A DNA stretch of 64,000 nt from an uncultured Hormoscilla sp. (GCA_963921275.4 OZ001293.3:3296001-3360000), one strand, 5' to 3'. Numbered from the stretch's first letter, positions 38,008-48,647 are shown. Notes: a model not told the origin generated them from the letters alone. Translations and numbers: made by a program.

Positions 38008-38268
38008 ATGGCACGTTATACCCCCTATACCCTGCAAATGCAAATTACCCGTATGTTCCTGGAAGGGCAATCCTTCTTCGCAACAACGAAGGTATAAGAT
38101 TGGTTGCGAGAACGCAATCAATATCCAGCAGATTACGAGATAATCTTTCATCAGCAACCAGCACCCCCAGGATCCCAAGAAGTGATGCAGATCGCAATAG
38201 AACTGCGGCGTCTAGATGGAGAACCTGTAGATGAATGGCTGCAACAAGAGGTCGATCGGCAAACCTAA
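38008..38268 (+). pseudogene. conserved-looking cyanobacterial hypothetical protein with in-frame TAA (38095-38097)
   Basis: MARYTPYTLQMQITRMFLEGQSFFATTKV*DWLRERNQYPADYEIIFHQQPAPPGS..IELRRLDGEPVDEWLQQ; its stop overlaps the next ATG. Confidence 0.65.
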
Positions 38269-38672
38269 TGAAAATATACCAAATGAAATCTAGAGGCCAA
38301 TCGAAAAATAAAGGCTGGATAATTGCATTTTGGCTGTACTTCCTGCTGCTAGTCTTCATCTCTGTTTCTGCTTACCTGAAAATCCTGCCGCCCGAACTAA
38401 CCAATTATGACAAGCTGGGACATTTCATCTTGATAGGAATTGCAGGTTTCCTCAGCCATCAAGCCTTGGGAAGAAGGACGATCTCCACCCCAGTAGTAAA
38501 AATTCCCCTGGGTCCGCTGCTAGTCATGGTATTTTCTCTGATAGACGAGTATCTCCAGATGTTATCACCAGCGCGAAGTTTTAGCCTGACTGACTTAGGG
38601 GCAAATTGGATAGGCATCTGGGTTTTTTATTGGGTAGGAGAAAAGGTCAGGCAATATCTAAGGGATAATTGA
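38268..38672 (+). CDS. VanZ family membrane protein
   Basis: DKLGHF, IDEYLQ..PARSFSLTDLGANWIG. Confidence 0.85.
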   Translation: MKIYQMKSRGQSKNKGWIIAFWLYFLLLVFISVSAYLKILPPELTNYDKLGHFILIGIAGFLSHQALGRRTISTPVVKIPLGPLLVMVFSLIDEYLQMLSPARSFSLTDLGANWIGIWVFYWVGEKVRQYLRDN

Positions 38673-38755
38673 GAATGGCGAATGTGGGGAATTGAGTAGT
38701 TGGCGAATTGATGATAAAAGGGATAGATATGTAGAAGTAGTTTTGGTGAAGGGCG

Positions 38756-40934
38756 ATGGGAGAAGGAGACAACGGAAAGGAAAGTGGCGAACTATCGGAT
38801 TATAGATCGGCACAGGACAGACTGAGGAGAGTAACAGAGGAACTGGAAAGTGTCAAGCAAGAAATATCTCAGTTGGAAATAAGGAAAACCAGGCTGACTG
38901 ATGAGAAAGCTTCCCTAGAAGCGAGACTGTCCAGTTGGCACGGGCAGCCGGTTCTCAACTCAAAAGCAGCCCCTAGCGCACCGAAACCCGATCGAGGCAA
39001 ACCCAAAGCTGCCTCGAAAATCAGTACGGGTTTGCTTCTGGCTTTGATGTCAGCAGTGGTGCTGTCGATATTTAACGTTTACCTGAAGATTATTTTCCAG
39101 AGTCCCCCGCAGTCGAGTAAGATATTGGGTATATTAGAACAGCCAGGACGGCTGGCACCGGGATTCGGAAATGCCCTGTTAATTTTGTTTCTGCGGATGA
39201 TAGTGGTGATGGCAGTGATGCCAATCTTGGCCACAGTCCTTTATCGGCCCCTGTGGCAAGATATTAAGGGGTTTCTCCAGTCAAAAGACCGCGCCCAGAT
39301 GCTGAAAGTATTGGGGAGTGGCTTCTTTCTGTTTCTGTCTCAAGTATGCATTTATATCGCTATTGGCAATATCCCGATCGGGGTAGCGCTGACGATCTTC
39401 TTGGTCGGGGTCGAGCTGGGAATCACTCCCCAACCCTCCAAGAGCGGAACCGGACTTGCGACTTTCACCGCTGGGGCTTGTCCTTAGGCATATCATCATC
39501 AATAATTAGGTCACCCCGTTTCCCCTTACCCTCTGTAATTTTACCCCTTATGGTCAATCCTATTGGACCGTTAATGATTTCAGCTCCGGAAGGTATGCGC
39601 TGCGCGCACGCTGCGCGATCGCGGAGGGTAGTTCAGCAAACCATTCTAGCCGCTCTTCTCTAACATTTCCCCATTCTGGCAATTTATCGGGGCTCTGAAC
39701 TTTACCCGGCTGAGACTCTAGTCCATATTCATACTTTTGGATTTCTCCTAAGTTTTGCGACGTGTTAGGGCTACTTTCACCAAAGGCTTCTTACCATATC
39801 CGTCCTACGTCTGCATATCCCAGGCATTACCCCAGGCGTTGGCTTCTTAGAACATCCTTCCTCTTCGCGGCTTGCGCTTTACATCTAACTGGTCCAAATG
39901 GGGACAGCTCACGTGAGGTTACTTCGTTCCCTGGTATCATTTCTCGATGCTTGTAGGCCCCTGCTATACCCCGGGAGTTCTTTGGGTGCGATGCTGGCAA
40001 TAGATGACTACCAACACTAACTACCATTTTCCCTTTTGGGCCAGCGTATAAGCCTTATTCCGCTGGTTCTATGTAACGAGGCTTTAACAGGTTCGCTTGT
40101 TCTAACCATGAGCATCTTTCCTAGCGGCGTCACTGGGTTAGGCTGCCAGCTATCCTACATTTAAGTCCTAGCGGAGCACCACGGCGATGTGACCCCGCAG
40201 CACTAAGGACCGGTAGTACCCTCGACCCCCCACACCTGGGGAGAGGGAATTTAACCCCCATGATAACCAGAGTTATCCGGCAAATGAAACCAGACCAGAC
40301 TTCACCGTCGCCAGTTTACGCCTGAACGAATCGCACCATCTATCCCATAGTCACGGTGTTGGCAAGTTGGGGACTGTTTGGCGATCGGCCCACAATTATC
40401 CGCATAATAGCCATGTTCGCGATCGGCTGGGGCTGCACGATCGCCCTACCTAGCGGTGATGCGGAGGCCAAGTTATTAGTAGGGGTTGTAGCCGCAGTAG
40501 CAGCAGGGGTAACCTTTGCAGGCTACGTGCTGCTAGTAGGAATAGGCACTCGTAAGCTGCACCCAATGCCTTTTAATATTATGTCTTTCGCAGCGGTATT
40601 TGTATTTACAGCGCTCATTTTAATGCTGCCATTACCAGCAAATTTGAGCATAAAAGTAGAGCCGACAGCACTGACAGGGCTACTGATGAGTAGTGTAGTA
40701 TTAGGAGTACTCACATTGGGTAGCTATATGTTAAACAACATTGCCATCCGCTTTGCCGGTTCGGCCCTAGCTTCGATTATCGGGACTAGCGGTCCGGCAT
40801 TAACGGCATTGTTTAGCTGGATAGTGATCGGGGAAAGATTGCAACTGAGGCAGTGGGGTGGAGTGGGACTGGTAACCTTGGGTGTGGTGGGTCTGAGTCT
40901 GGAGAGGATGCTCAAGGCAAAAAGGCGATCTTAA
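38756..40934 (+). pseudogene. sepJ: SepJ/FraG-like coiled-coil + DMT/EamA permease interrupted by an antisense intron (38756-39402 + 40337-40934)
   Basis: N-terminal coiled coil, P/K linker, GNALLILFLRMIVV, SGFFLFLSQVCIYIAIG; removing 39403-40336 restores LTIFFIYPIVTV in frame (415 codons). Confidence 0.75.
39403..40336 (-). mobile_element. ORF-less group II intron, copy C (D5 damaged)
   Basis: Same termini as A and B; EBS1 CATCTA (+ 40001-40006) pairs 6/6 with exon end TAGATG (+ 40337-40342); 5' arm of D5 replaced near 39472. Confidence 0.92.
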
Positions 40935-41142
40935 GGTATCATGGAGGAGATGCGATCGCACTTTTCTGCGGGATGGAGGAGAGGGCGATCTCACGGAAAG
41001 CGCCGTAGGTTGGGTTTCGTGCTTCAACCCAACCCGACCAAGGTAAAATAGGCGGAGGTGATTATTCAAGGCAATCAAAGGTATAATGGAGGAAATGGCG
41101 ATCGCGCGAAACGGTATCCAAGATTTCAAGGAAGATTAAACA

Positions 41143-41496
41143 ATGCAACTAGAAGATTACTTCAACTTTCTGGCAGAAGATGATATTCGACTCAAAAATT
41201 CGCGGATAGGGATTGAAACCATCCTGCATGAGTATATCTATCGAGCCCGCACCCCAGAGGAAATCGCTCAAATTTATACATCACTTACCCTGGAACAAGT
41301 CTATGGGACGATTCTGTATTATCTGCACAACAAAGAAGCAGTTAGCAACTATATTGCAGACTGGCTAGAGTGGGGACACCAGCAACGTAAAGCTCAAGCG
41401 TTGAACCCGCACCCAGCAGCGGCCAGACTACAGAAACTCCGAGACGCACAAAAAGCAATGAAACAGGCAAATGACATTAAAATATCTGATGGATGA
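41143..41496 (+). CDS. DUF433 antitoxin-like protein
   Basis: IRLKNSRIGIETIL..TPEEIA..LTLEQVYGTILYY. Confidence 0.85.
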   Translation: MQLEDYFNFLAEDDIRLKNSRIGIETILHEYIYRARTPEEIAQIYTSLTLEQVYGTILYYLHNKEAVSNYIADWLEWGHQQRKAQALNPHPAAARLQKLRDAQKAMKQANDIKISDG

Positions 41497-41854
41497 AAAT
41501 GTTAATCCGCTTTATCCCAGTCAACTGCGGCGACGGGATCCTGAGTTAGTGGTGCGGGCAGTTGGAGAACCTAAAGTTCCTCCCAGAGGCACATTAGACC
41601 CAGAAATTCTGCTTTGGTGTGAAGAGTATGACTTTATCTTGGTGACGAATAACCGCAAATCTATGCCTGTACATTTGCGTAACCATATCGATCAAGGTCG
41701 TCACGTGCCAGGAATTTTTATTCTCAACCCTGATTTAAGCATAGGTAGAAACCTAGAGGAGTTGATTTTCATTGCGAAGGGTTCATTTGAAGGTGAATAT
41801 CAAGACCAGATTGTTTACCTGCCACTGACCAAAAGTCGTGATGACGATGTCTAA
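41471..41854 (+). CDS. DUF5615 PIN-like toxin
   Basis: YLMDEN, DPEILLWCE, ILVTNN; overlaps the DUF433 gene. Confidence 0.85.
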   Translation: MTLKYLMDENVNPLYPSQLRRRDPELVVRAVGEPKVPPRGTLDPEILLWCEEYDFILVTNNRKSMPVHLRNHIDQGRHVPGIFILNPDLSIGRNLEELIFIAKGSFEGEYQDQIVYLPLTKSRDDDV

Positions 41855-42397
41855 ATGCTATTACTACAATGGAAAACTAAGAATTGAAATGGCATCCCAA
41901 GGTTACGCTCGCTCCTACGATAACTTCTCGATCGGGTATGCGGTAGCTTTATTCAGTGGCATCCAAGCCATTCCCTTGGTGGGACTCACTAACTGCACTT
42001 TCCGGAAAGCTGGCGAGGGAGAAGCACAACCCGATCTTGCCTTCTATATCGGTGCAAATGCAGAAATCATTCCCCCCGATACAACTATTGCGATCTAGAT
42101 GTTTATCCTCCCGATCTGGTTATCGAAATTGCCAAAACATCTTTGGCTGATGATATTGGCAGCAAGCGAATGCTCTACGAGCAACTAAATTTTAATGAAT
42201 ATTGGGTTGTCAATGTACAGCATGCTCAATTGATTGCCTTCGCGATCGCATCTGGTGACAGTCGCGCGATCGCCTGATCGCAAGTTTTGCCCCCATTACC
42301 CTTTAGCTTACTCGAAGAAGCGTTACGGCGGGGTCGGACAACGGGTCGCAGTCAGATCTATGCTTGGTTGATTACCCAAATTCAGCAACCAAGATGA
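41847..42397 (+). pseudogene. Uma2 family endonuclease, disrupted
   Basis: YYYNGKLRIEM..QPDLAFY, PPDLVIEIAKTSLADDIG.KRMLYE, EYWVV with stops and frameshift. Confidence 0.8.
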
Positions 42398-42433
42398 TTG
42401 AAGACCGAAGCAACCAAGACATTGATTACCCGG

Positions 42434-43012
42434 TTATAGACCTCCAGCAGTGAAAACCTCATCATAAATATCGGCCATTGTCAGGGTTAACCCCACTGAC
42501 TGTAACTCTAAACTATCTTGACTGCCTAAAATGTCGAAAGACCAATTACCTGCCTCATTGGGTCGATAAACTTCTACCTGCATTTCCTCTTGAGAAACCA
42601 GCACATATTCTTGCAAACTGGGTAAACTTTGGTAATTCAGCCGTTTTTCTCGTCCGTCTAAATTTTGTGTGGAGGGTGATAGCACCTCAACAATTAAACA
42701 AGGACGGGTTTTGTAATATTTTTCTGTATCTTGGGGGTCGCAAGTCACCATCACATCAGGATAGTAAAAGAGAGAGGCAGTATTTTGAGGAATGGGTAAG
42801 TTAACTTTCATATCTGCAATGAAAGTTTTACACCCACTCCCGCGTAAGTGAGCGAGTAAACTGGCGTAGATATTACCAGCAATGCGGTTATGTTCTTCGC
42901 TACCGCCAGACATGGCGAAAATTTGACCGCCGAGATATTCATGGCGAATATGGCTAGTTTCTTCGCCTTGGAGATAGTCTGGTACAGAAATAAATGCTGT
43001 GGCTAATTCCAT
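42434..43012 (-). CDS. Uma2 family endonuclease
   Basis: RHEYLGGQIFAMSGGSEEH, YYPDVMVTC, VEVLSPST. Confidence 0.9.
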   Translation of the reverse strand: MELATAFISVPDYLQGEETSHIRHEYLGGQIFAMSGGSEEHNRIAGNIYASLLAHLRGSGCKTFIADMKVNLPIPQNTASLFYYPDVMVTCDPQDTEKYYKTRPCLIVEVLSPSTQNLDGREKRLNYQSLPSLQEYVLVSQEEMQVEVYRPNEAGNWSFDILGSQDSLELQSVGLTLTMADIYDEVFTAGGL

Positions 43013-43106
43013 GATATGATTATTTCTCAATGGGGAATATATTGACATATTACAGATTATCGTGCGGAATGTGCGCTTGAGTGCTACCGCCGCCTCTTCG
43101 CCTCAC

Positions 43107-43600
43107 TCAAGCATCCGCTTCGTCTTCCTCGGGTTTGAACTCTTCTATGCTTTCAATTTCTATAGGTGAGGATGCTACTAGCCGCAGGTTAATATTAACT
43201 ATAATTTGATTTTTTTCAAGAACCACATTCGCTATCTTTATTAAGAATTTAGCTGATAAGCAATCACCTTCAGATTCAAGAGACGACTTACTTTTATATC
43301 CGGCGTCCTCAAGCCATTCAGCAACATTTCTCCAGTTCTCCATCTTGCGATCGCATTTGCCCAGAAGAATCTTAACATACTGATACAAGGTGTTACAGAG
43401 GTCAACTTCAACACCTTGGGGCTTTTATGGAGCTTTTCAGCGATTTCACCAGGACTGTGACCGAAAAGCAAGCCGCGCAGATGTAGTTTTTCCATCGGTG
43501 TCAGATGTTTCCCCTTAGCGGAGGCGAGGTCTTTGTAGAGGGTGTCCAAGTCCCAGTGATGTGCAGCCTCGGGGAACTGCTCCTTAGTAGTAGATGCCAT
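43107..43600 (-). pseudogene. HTH protein (vWA-MoxR-associated-like N-terminal HTH), frameshift ~43416
   Basis: LTPMEKLHLRGLL.GHSPGEIAEKL continues in another frame as VDLCNTLYQYVK..NWRNV. Confidence 0.65.
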
Positions 43601-44202
43601 AGCCGGTAGTTCTTAAAGTTTTAGTTTTACCATAGCATAAATTATAACGTTTATTAAGGGTCAGCTAGTTTGAGCTTTGCTGACAATGGGACGTAAGGGC
43701 GATTTTAGCCGGACTGGGACTGGAAAGCAAGCAGGGAGTTGCTTTTTCACCGGCGTCAGATGTCTACCCGTCCCAGTGATGTAAAGGAGAACTGCTCCTT
43801 TGTGTGGATGCTATAGCCAGCAGTCGCTTTAATTACCTAGTGTAATACTAGCCCAAGTTCTAATTTTGATTAAAACACAGCTAATTTTAACTTAGCTTAA
43901 GATAGTGTGAGCGATCAACCGCCCAAAACTGACTCCCACAACAATGGAGGCACAAATATTGAAATCACGTTTTCAATATCTGTACCTGTGTAGTTAACGG
44001 AAAAGTATTAGCTCCCCGAGTGCATGTCGCGCGTCTAGGGGTGTGGTCAAAACCCGTTGGGACTCAGCCGAACCCTAAAGGGCCCGGCTACACGGACAAA
44101 GCCCGCCTGCGCGGGCTGGATTACATGCATCACCAGATATACCCGACTATCAACTACAAGTGATCGCACCCCACGTCTACAGATTAAACCTAAAGGCAGA
44201 TC

Positions 44203-44742
44203 ATGGCATACCAATATCAACAGCAGATTATTGAATCGGTTTTTCGGAACGCAGTATTAGACAACAGTGAAGCAGAAAGCTTTGTGCGCAATTCAGCCCA
44301 AGTTTTCCGTGAAAGCGGTTTACTATTATCTGAGACGTCGGATGAACAATTTAATAGCTATTTGAAGGAGATTGCAGGTGAAGAATTACAAAAGATTGAA
44401 AAAGCTCGTGCTGGACAAACAATAGATCCAAATTTTGTGATAACAGATCCTGCCGTAGCAGGTCTTGCTAAAGCAGGATCTGCTACAGAATCGTTGTTTT
44501 TCATTAGTCCTTGCACTATTTGCGAAATTGGAGCATTTGCTATCTCTACGTCTATTGTGGCGATTGGCGCAGCGGGTCTCGCTGTTCTAACTGTGAAGTC
44601 CGGAGTTGTTATTGCGCTGGCTGCTTTTGCCAGCGTCTCTGCTAAAGCTGCGTTAGCATTCATTGTAACTCTTGGAACGGCTGTGAACGCGGGGGTTTCC
44701 GCTGTGTCAAAAGAAATATGTGAATGGATTGACGCTTGCTAG
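44203..44742 (+). CDS. leader + hydrophobic Cys-bracketed domain (saposin/bacteriocin-like)
   Basis: Acidic helical N-half; C-half CTICE..Ala/Val/Gly-rich..ICEWIDAC. Confidence 0.6.
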   Translation: MAYQYQQQIIESVFRNAVLDNSEAESFVRNSAQVFRESGLLLSETSDEQFNSYLKEIAGEELQKIEKARAGQTIDPNFVITDPAVAGLAKAGSATESLFFISPCTICEIGAFAISTSIVAIGAAGLAVLTVKSGVVIALAAFASVSAKAALAFIVTLGTAVNAGVSAVSKEICEWIDAC

Positions 44743-45082
44743 TGCCAACTGGCAGAAGTAAAGATCCAGTACCCCACTTTTGCACTACTTATTGTAATAT
44801 AATAAGTAGTGCAAGCTGACTGGACCATTTGACCATTGCAAACGAATTAATATCTGAATATCTGTTTTTATGTCTAAGCTGTGGTGGCTTGTGTAATCAT
44901 TGAGCAAGACAATTAGTATTATATCGGATCGGCAGTAAGAACTAGCGAATCTCGGCATTGATGTGATACAGCAAAATGCAGACATCGTAAGGGTTTGGCG
45001 GTATTTTCCGATCCAAATCACGGGCGGCGTGAGAACTGCTATATTGATAGTAGACCGCTCACACCTCCGCAGCGATTGAGCC

Positions 45083-45310
45083 ATGCCAACCCCGTTCGCC
45101 AACGCCTTATGTTGCTGTCTCAACTGGAGCGAGACTGTCTGGAATCGCGAGCGTCGTTGTACTAGCAAACCGTATCGCGGGCGTACAACGTGCTCAATTA
45201 ATACTCAACCGCGGATCAAGGTCAAAGTAATACAGCAATAGCTGAACAACTACATTTGGGACGTCTTCCTGTACGGGAGTGGCGCAATCGTTGGAATCAG
45301 GCCAGTCAGG
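45083..45310 (+). pseudogene. IS630-like transposase N-terminal HTH remnant
   Basis: VQRAQLIL..QGQSNTAIAEQLHLGRLPVREWRNRW across frames. Confidence 0.65.
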
Positions 45311-45830
45311 AATGGTCCTGCGATCGGGAGGTAGAAGCCGATCCAATTCTTCTCGTTCGGCCTGACGGCGGGTTTTCTCTTCCGGAGACAGTCGGCGCCA
45401 GGGAAAAATCATTCCCCGACGAGCCCTGGGATTAGATACTAACTGCGTCATGTTGTCTCCTACCAGTTCATCTGAATAGATTTAGTTTATTATATAGCTA
45501 GCCTAAAACATTATCAACAGATGCTCGGTTCAGATCTCAAATGTAACAACCGCCATGCCTCGGCCTGACCCGATCGCCGACCGACATGCCGCCGTGTCCG
45601 GACATGGGGCGATCGCCCTTCACAAAAGTTTACATGGGAGCAAATGCCAGATAGCTCTTTCGTTGGCTATAATCGGGATCGAGTCTCGCTATTGAACAGC
45701 GATGGGAGGCAGAGCCTCGTTTCCTCGTTCCCTGCCAGAGTCAGGGAACGAGGAAACGAGGAAAAGGAGAGAGGATAATAATTTAATTTAATGGTAAAAT
45801 AGCAGGGCAAAGGTTAAAGAGGGCAAGCAG

Positions 45831-46106
45831 ATGACAGTCAGACAACCCCGATACAGCAAAGAAGAATTTGCTCGACGTGGCGATCGCATCTACGAAACAC
45901 AGGTGCGATCGCAAGTAGAAGCAGGAAATCACGGCAAAATAGTCGCGATCGACATAGAGACGGGAGCGTTTGAACTTGCCGAAAATACTATAACAGCAAC
46001 AGAGCGACTTTACGAGCGATATCCCGATGCTCAACCTTGGGTGATTAGGATTGGACATCGCGCTGTTTATCGTTTTGGATCCCGGAGTCTGAAGAAAGTC
46101 CCATGA
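45831..46106 (+). CDS. small conserved hypothetical protein (partner of aspartic protease)
   Basis: EEFARRGDRIYE..GKIVAIDIETG..RIG; ATGA overlap. Confidence 0.8.
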   Translation: MTVRQPRYSKEEFARRGDRIYETQVRSQVEAGNHGKIVAIDIETGAFELAENTITATERLYERYPDAQPWVIRIGHRAVYRFGSRSLKKVP

Positions 46107-46477
46107 TGCTTGGTATCGTCAATAAAAATTATGAAGCTATCATTCGGATTGCTGTAGGTCATGGCAAGGGTCCTAAGCAAATGGTTGACGCAGTGATTGA
46201 CACGGGGTTCACAGGTTTTCTGTCTCTCCCGCCGTCTATCATCACATCTCTTAACTTACCTTGGAGTTTTCGTGACTACGGCATTTTGGGTGATGGCAGT
46301 GAAGTCATCTTTGATATGTACACTGCAACTGTAATTTGGGATGGACAGAATAAACTTGTTGATGTGGCAGCATCAGAAGCAGATCCACTGGTAGGAATGA
46401 GTTTGCTTTATGGATTTAAGATTCAGATTGAAGCAGTTGAGGGTGGAACTGTTACAATTGAATCATTAAACAAGTAG
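46103..46477 (+). CDS. clan AA (retropepsin-like) aspartic protease
   Basis: AVIDTGFTGFL, LGDGS, PLVGMSLL. Confidence 0.85.
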   Translation: MMLGIVNKNYEAIIRIAVGHGKGPKQMVDAVIDTGFTGFLSLPPSIITSLNLPWSFRDYGILGDGSEVIFDMYTATVIWDGQNKLVDVAASEADPLVGMSLLYGFKIQIEAVEGGTVTIESLNK

Positions 46478-46773
46478 ATCGGGTTAATCGGAACCCAAAT
46501 TGGCAGATGTTTGGCAGGAAATCGAACGCAAGTGGAAGCTTGATGGGCATGGCGATCGCCTTGACGGTAGAAGAGATAATATCGATAGCACAGAGAATGT
46601 AGGGGCACGGCATCAACAGATTCTCGGTTCAGATGTAAAATGTAACAACCGCCGTGCCCCGGCCAGCGCGACCCGATCGCAGACCGACATGCCGCCGTCG
46701 CCGGACATGGGGCGATCGCCTTCTGTGCGATCGCCCTTCACAGAAGTTTCACCTTATGTGTACTGAGTTGAGT

Positions 46774-47337
46774 TTATTCTAACAACCAACCAAATAATTC
46801 TCCCACAGTCAGCCGCAGTTCGCCAGCAAAAGATGGTACCGTCTGCTGCTGCGCCGATCGATCGAAAATTTCCGTCTGCTGCTGCGGACGATAAACTAAT
46901 AAAGTTTGCTCATCAGGATCTATTAGCCATCCCATTTCCGTTTCAAAATTCAGGCCGTGCAGAATTTTTTGGGTAACTTTCGTAGCGCTTTGGTCTGGAG
47001 ACAGTATTTCAATAATCCAATCAGGCGCATCTGCAAATACATTGGCTACACCGCCGTTTTCCTTGCGGGGAATTCTATCCCATGTAAAAACTGCTACATC
47101 AGGGACGATCGCCCGACCACCAAAGATGCATCGCAGTTCTGGAAAAGCCCGTGCCACTTTTTGGGGCTTAACAACTGCATTAATAGCAATAATCAGTTCA
47201 CCCTGAATGACACTATGTTCGCCTTGTGGCATTGGCTTCTGTATAATTTGACCATCAATATACTCGCTAGCAGGTTCAGTTTCTGCTAGCTCCAGAAACT
47301 CAGACAAAGTTAAAGGTTTAGAAATAGTTTGTACCAT
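46774..47337 (-). CDS. Uma2 family endonuclease
   Basis: EYIDGQIIQKPMPQGEHS, IVPDVAV, APDWIIEILSP. Confidence 0.9.
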   Translation of the reverse strand: MVQTISKPLTLSEFLELAETEPASEYIDGQIIQKPMPQGEHSVIQGELIIAINAVVKPQKVARAFPELRCIFGGRAIVPDVAVFTWDRIPRKENGGVANVFADAPDWIIEILSPDQSATKVTQKILHGLNFETEMGWLIDPDEQTLLVYRPQQQTEIFDRSAQQQTVPSFAGELRLTVGELFGWLLE

Positions 47338-47848
47338 TTCGGGCGTCTCCCAAACAGTCAGACAGGTATCAATACTTCAAGGTTTTGGATATAGGTTGTC
47401 ATTGCGAGAGGGGGGGTACGTAGCGATTAACTTATGCTCAATTGAGTTAACCCCCCCGAAGCAATCCCCCCGCCCCGTATAAGATGAAGAGAACTTAGGC
47501 GTCGTCGGTGAGATTGCTAGCCCTCCTGGCGTCGAGCCGCTGCGCTAACGAGGGGGATTGCTAGCTGCTGCGCTAACGGGGGGGATTGCTTCGAGGGTCA
47601 ACACTGCCATTAGTTTGCCAGCCCCCTCGCTCCGGACAGGTTGTTAACCGAGAAGTATTGAGACAGGTATACCCTCGTTCGCTGCCAACTTTTCAGTTGA
47701 CAAAGGTTGATAGTAAAAGCATTAATTTATTTTCTCTAGTATCGCATAATTCCACTTCCAAAACGATTCGTATTCTTCAACAATAGTTCCGACTCGCAAC
47801 ATATCTGTTTGCACCCTCACAGGTTGGGTTTCCTCACGTCAACCCAAC

Positions 47849-48223
47849 CTACGACTTCAAATGAGAGCGATCGCCACTAACCCTCGATTTTACACTTTTT
47901 TCCTTTAGGATGTTCCGAACAGAATAGCGAGAGATAAATTCTTCAAACAGGTCAAAAAAATTATCTAGTGCTTTCCTCTCATCCTCGGAATAAAAAAGAA
48001 TAATGTTAGCCCAAGATTGGCTAGTCTGCACCTTAAATCTTTGGCTGATCCACTCAGGAAACTCTATAAAATCCCGTTCTTGTTCCGTTTCCTGTTCTCC
48101 TAACTCATATTTCGCAACACTGTAACCCGACAAAAAAGCCTGAAGGCAAATAATTGAATGTCGTCCCAAGTACATTGAAGGAGCTTTCTTTATTTTCTTG
48201 ATTATCCCATATAAATCGTGCAT
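47849..48223 (-). CDS. putative immunity protein
   Basis: PSMYLG..LQAFLSGY..SWANII..FFDLFEEF; directly downstream of the toxin-domain gene. Confidence 0.6.
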   Translation of the reverse strand: MHDLYGIIKKIKKAPSMYLGRHSIICLQAFLSGYSVAKYELGEQETEQERDFIEFPEWISQRFKVQTSQSWANIILFYSEDERKALDNFFDLFEEFISRYSVRNILKEKSVKSRVSGDRSHLKS

Positions 48224-48263
48224 TTTACCCCTCAATTGTTCCCTTAACTTGTGATTTTGCTAC

Positions 48264-48647
48264 TTAAAATTCCTCTTCTCTAATCTGAAAACTTCCCCTC
48301 CCCAGTTCTCTGGTAGGAGATGTTAAATTTTGTAACCATTCCTCTCTCCTAACGCCACTACTATCTATATTATCAAAAATAATTTCTTCACCATCAATTG
48401 TAATTGATATTCCTTCATGGTAGCCATTAGTAGCAATTTGCTGCTCTCCCTTGAGATCGTAAATCACCGACCAAGGTAGATCCCGTCTTTCTAAATCAAG
48501 CTTGACTTGCTTCCCCTTTACTTTTATGCTTGTCAAGAATTCTTTGATTGCTTGACTGCATTCAACACATTGAAAAACTCCATATCTACTGGCAATTGCA
48601 GCAATCTCCTGTCTAATTTCATCTAAATCAGTCCGCTCTAAACTCAA
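48264..48647 (-). CDS. papain-fold toxin domain protein
   Basis: FQCVEC, NGYHEGI, IFDN (Cys-His-Asp order). Confidence 0.7.
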   Translation of the reverse strand: MSLERTDLDEIRQEIAAIASRYGVFQCVECSQAIKEFLTSIKVKGKQVKLDLERRDLPWSVIYDLKGEQQIATNGYHEGISITIDGEEIIFDNIDSSGVRREEWLQNLTSPTRELGRGSFQIREEEF

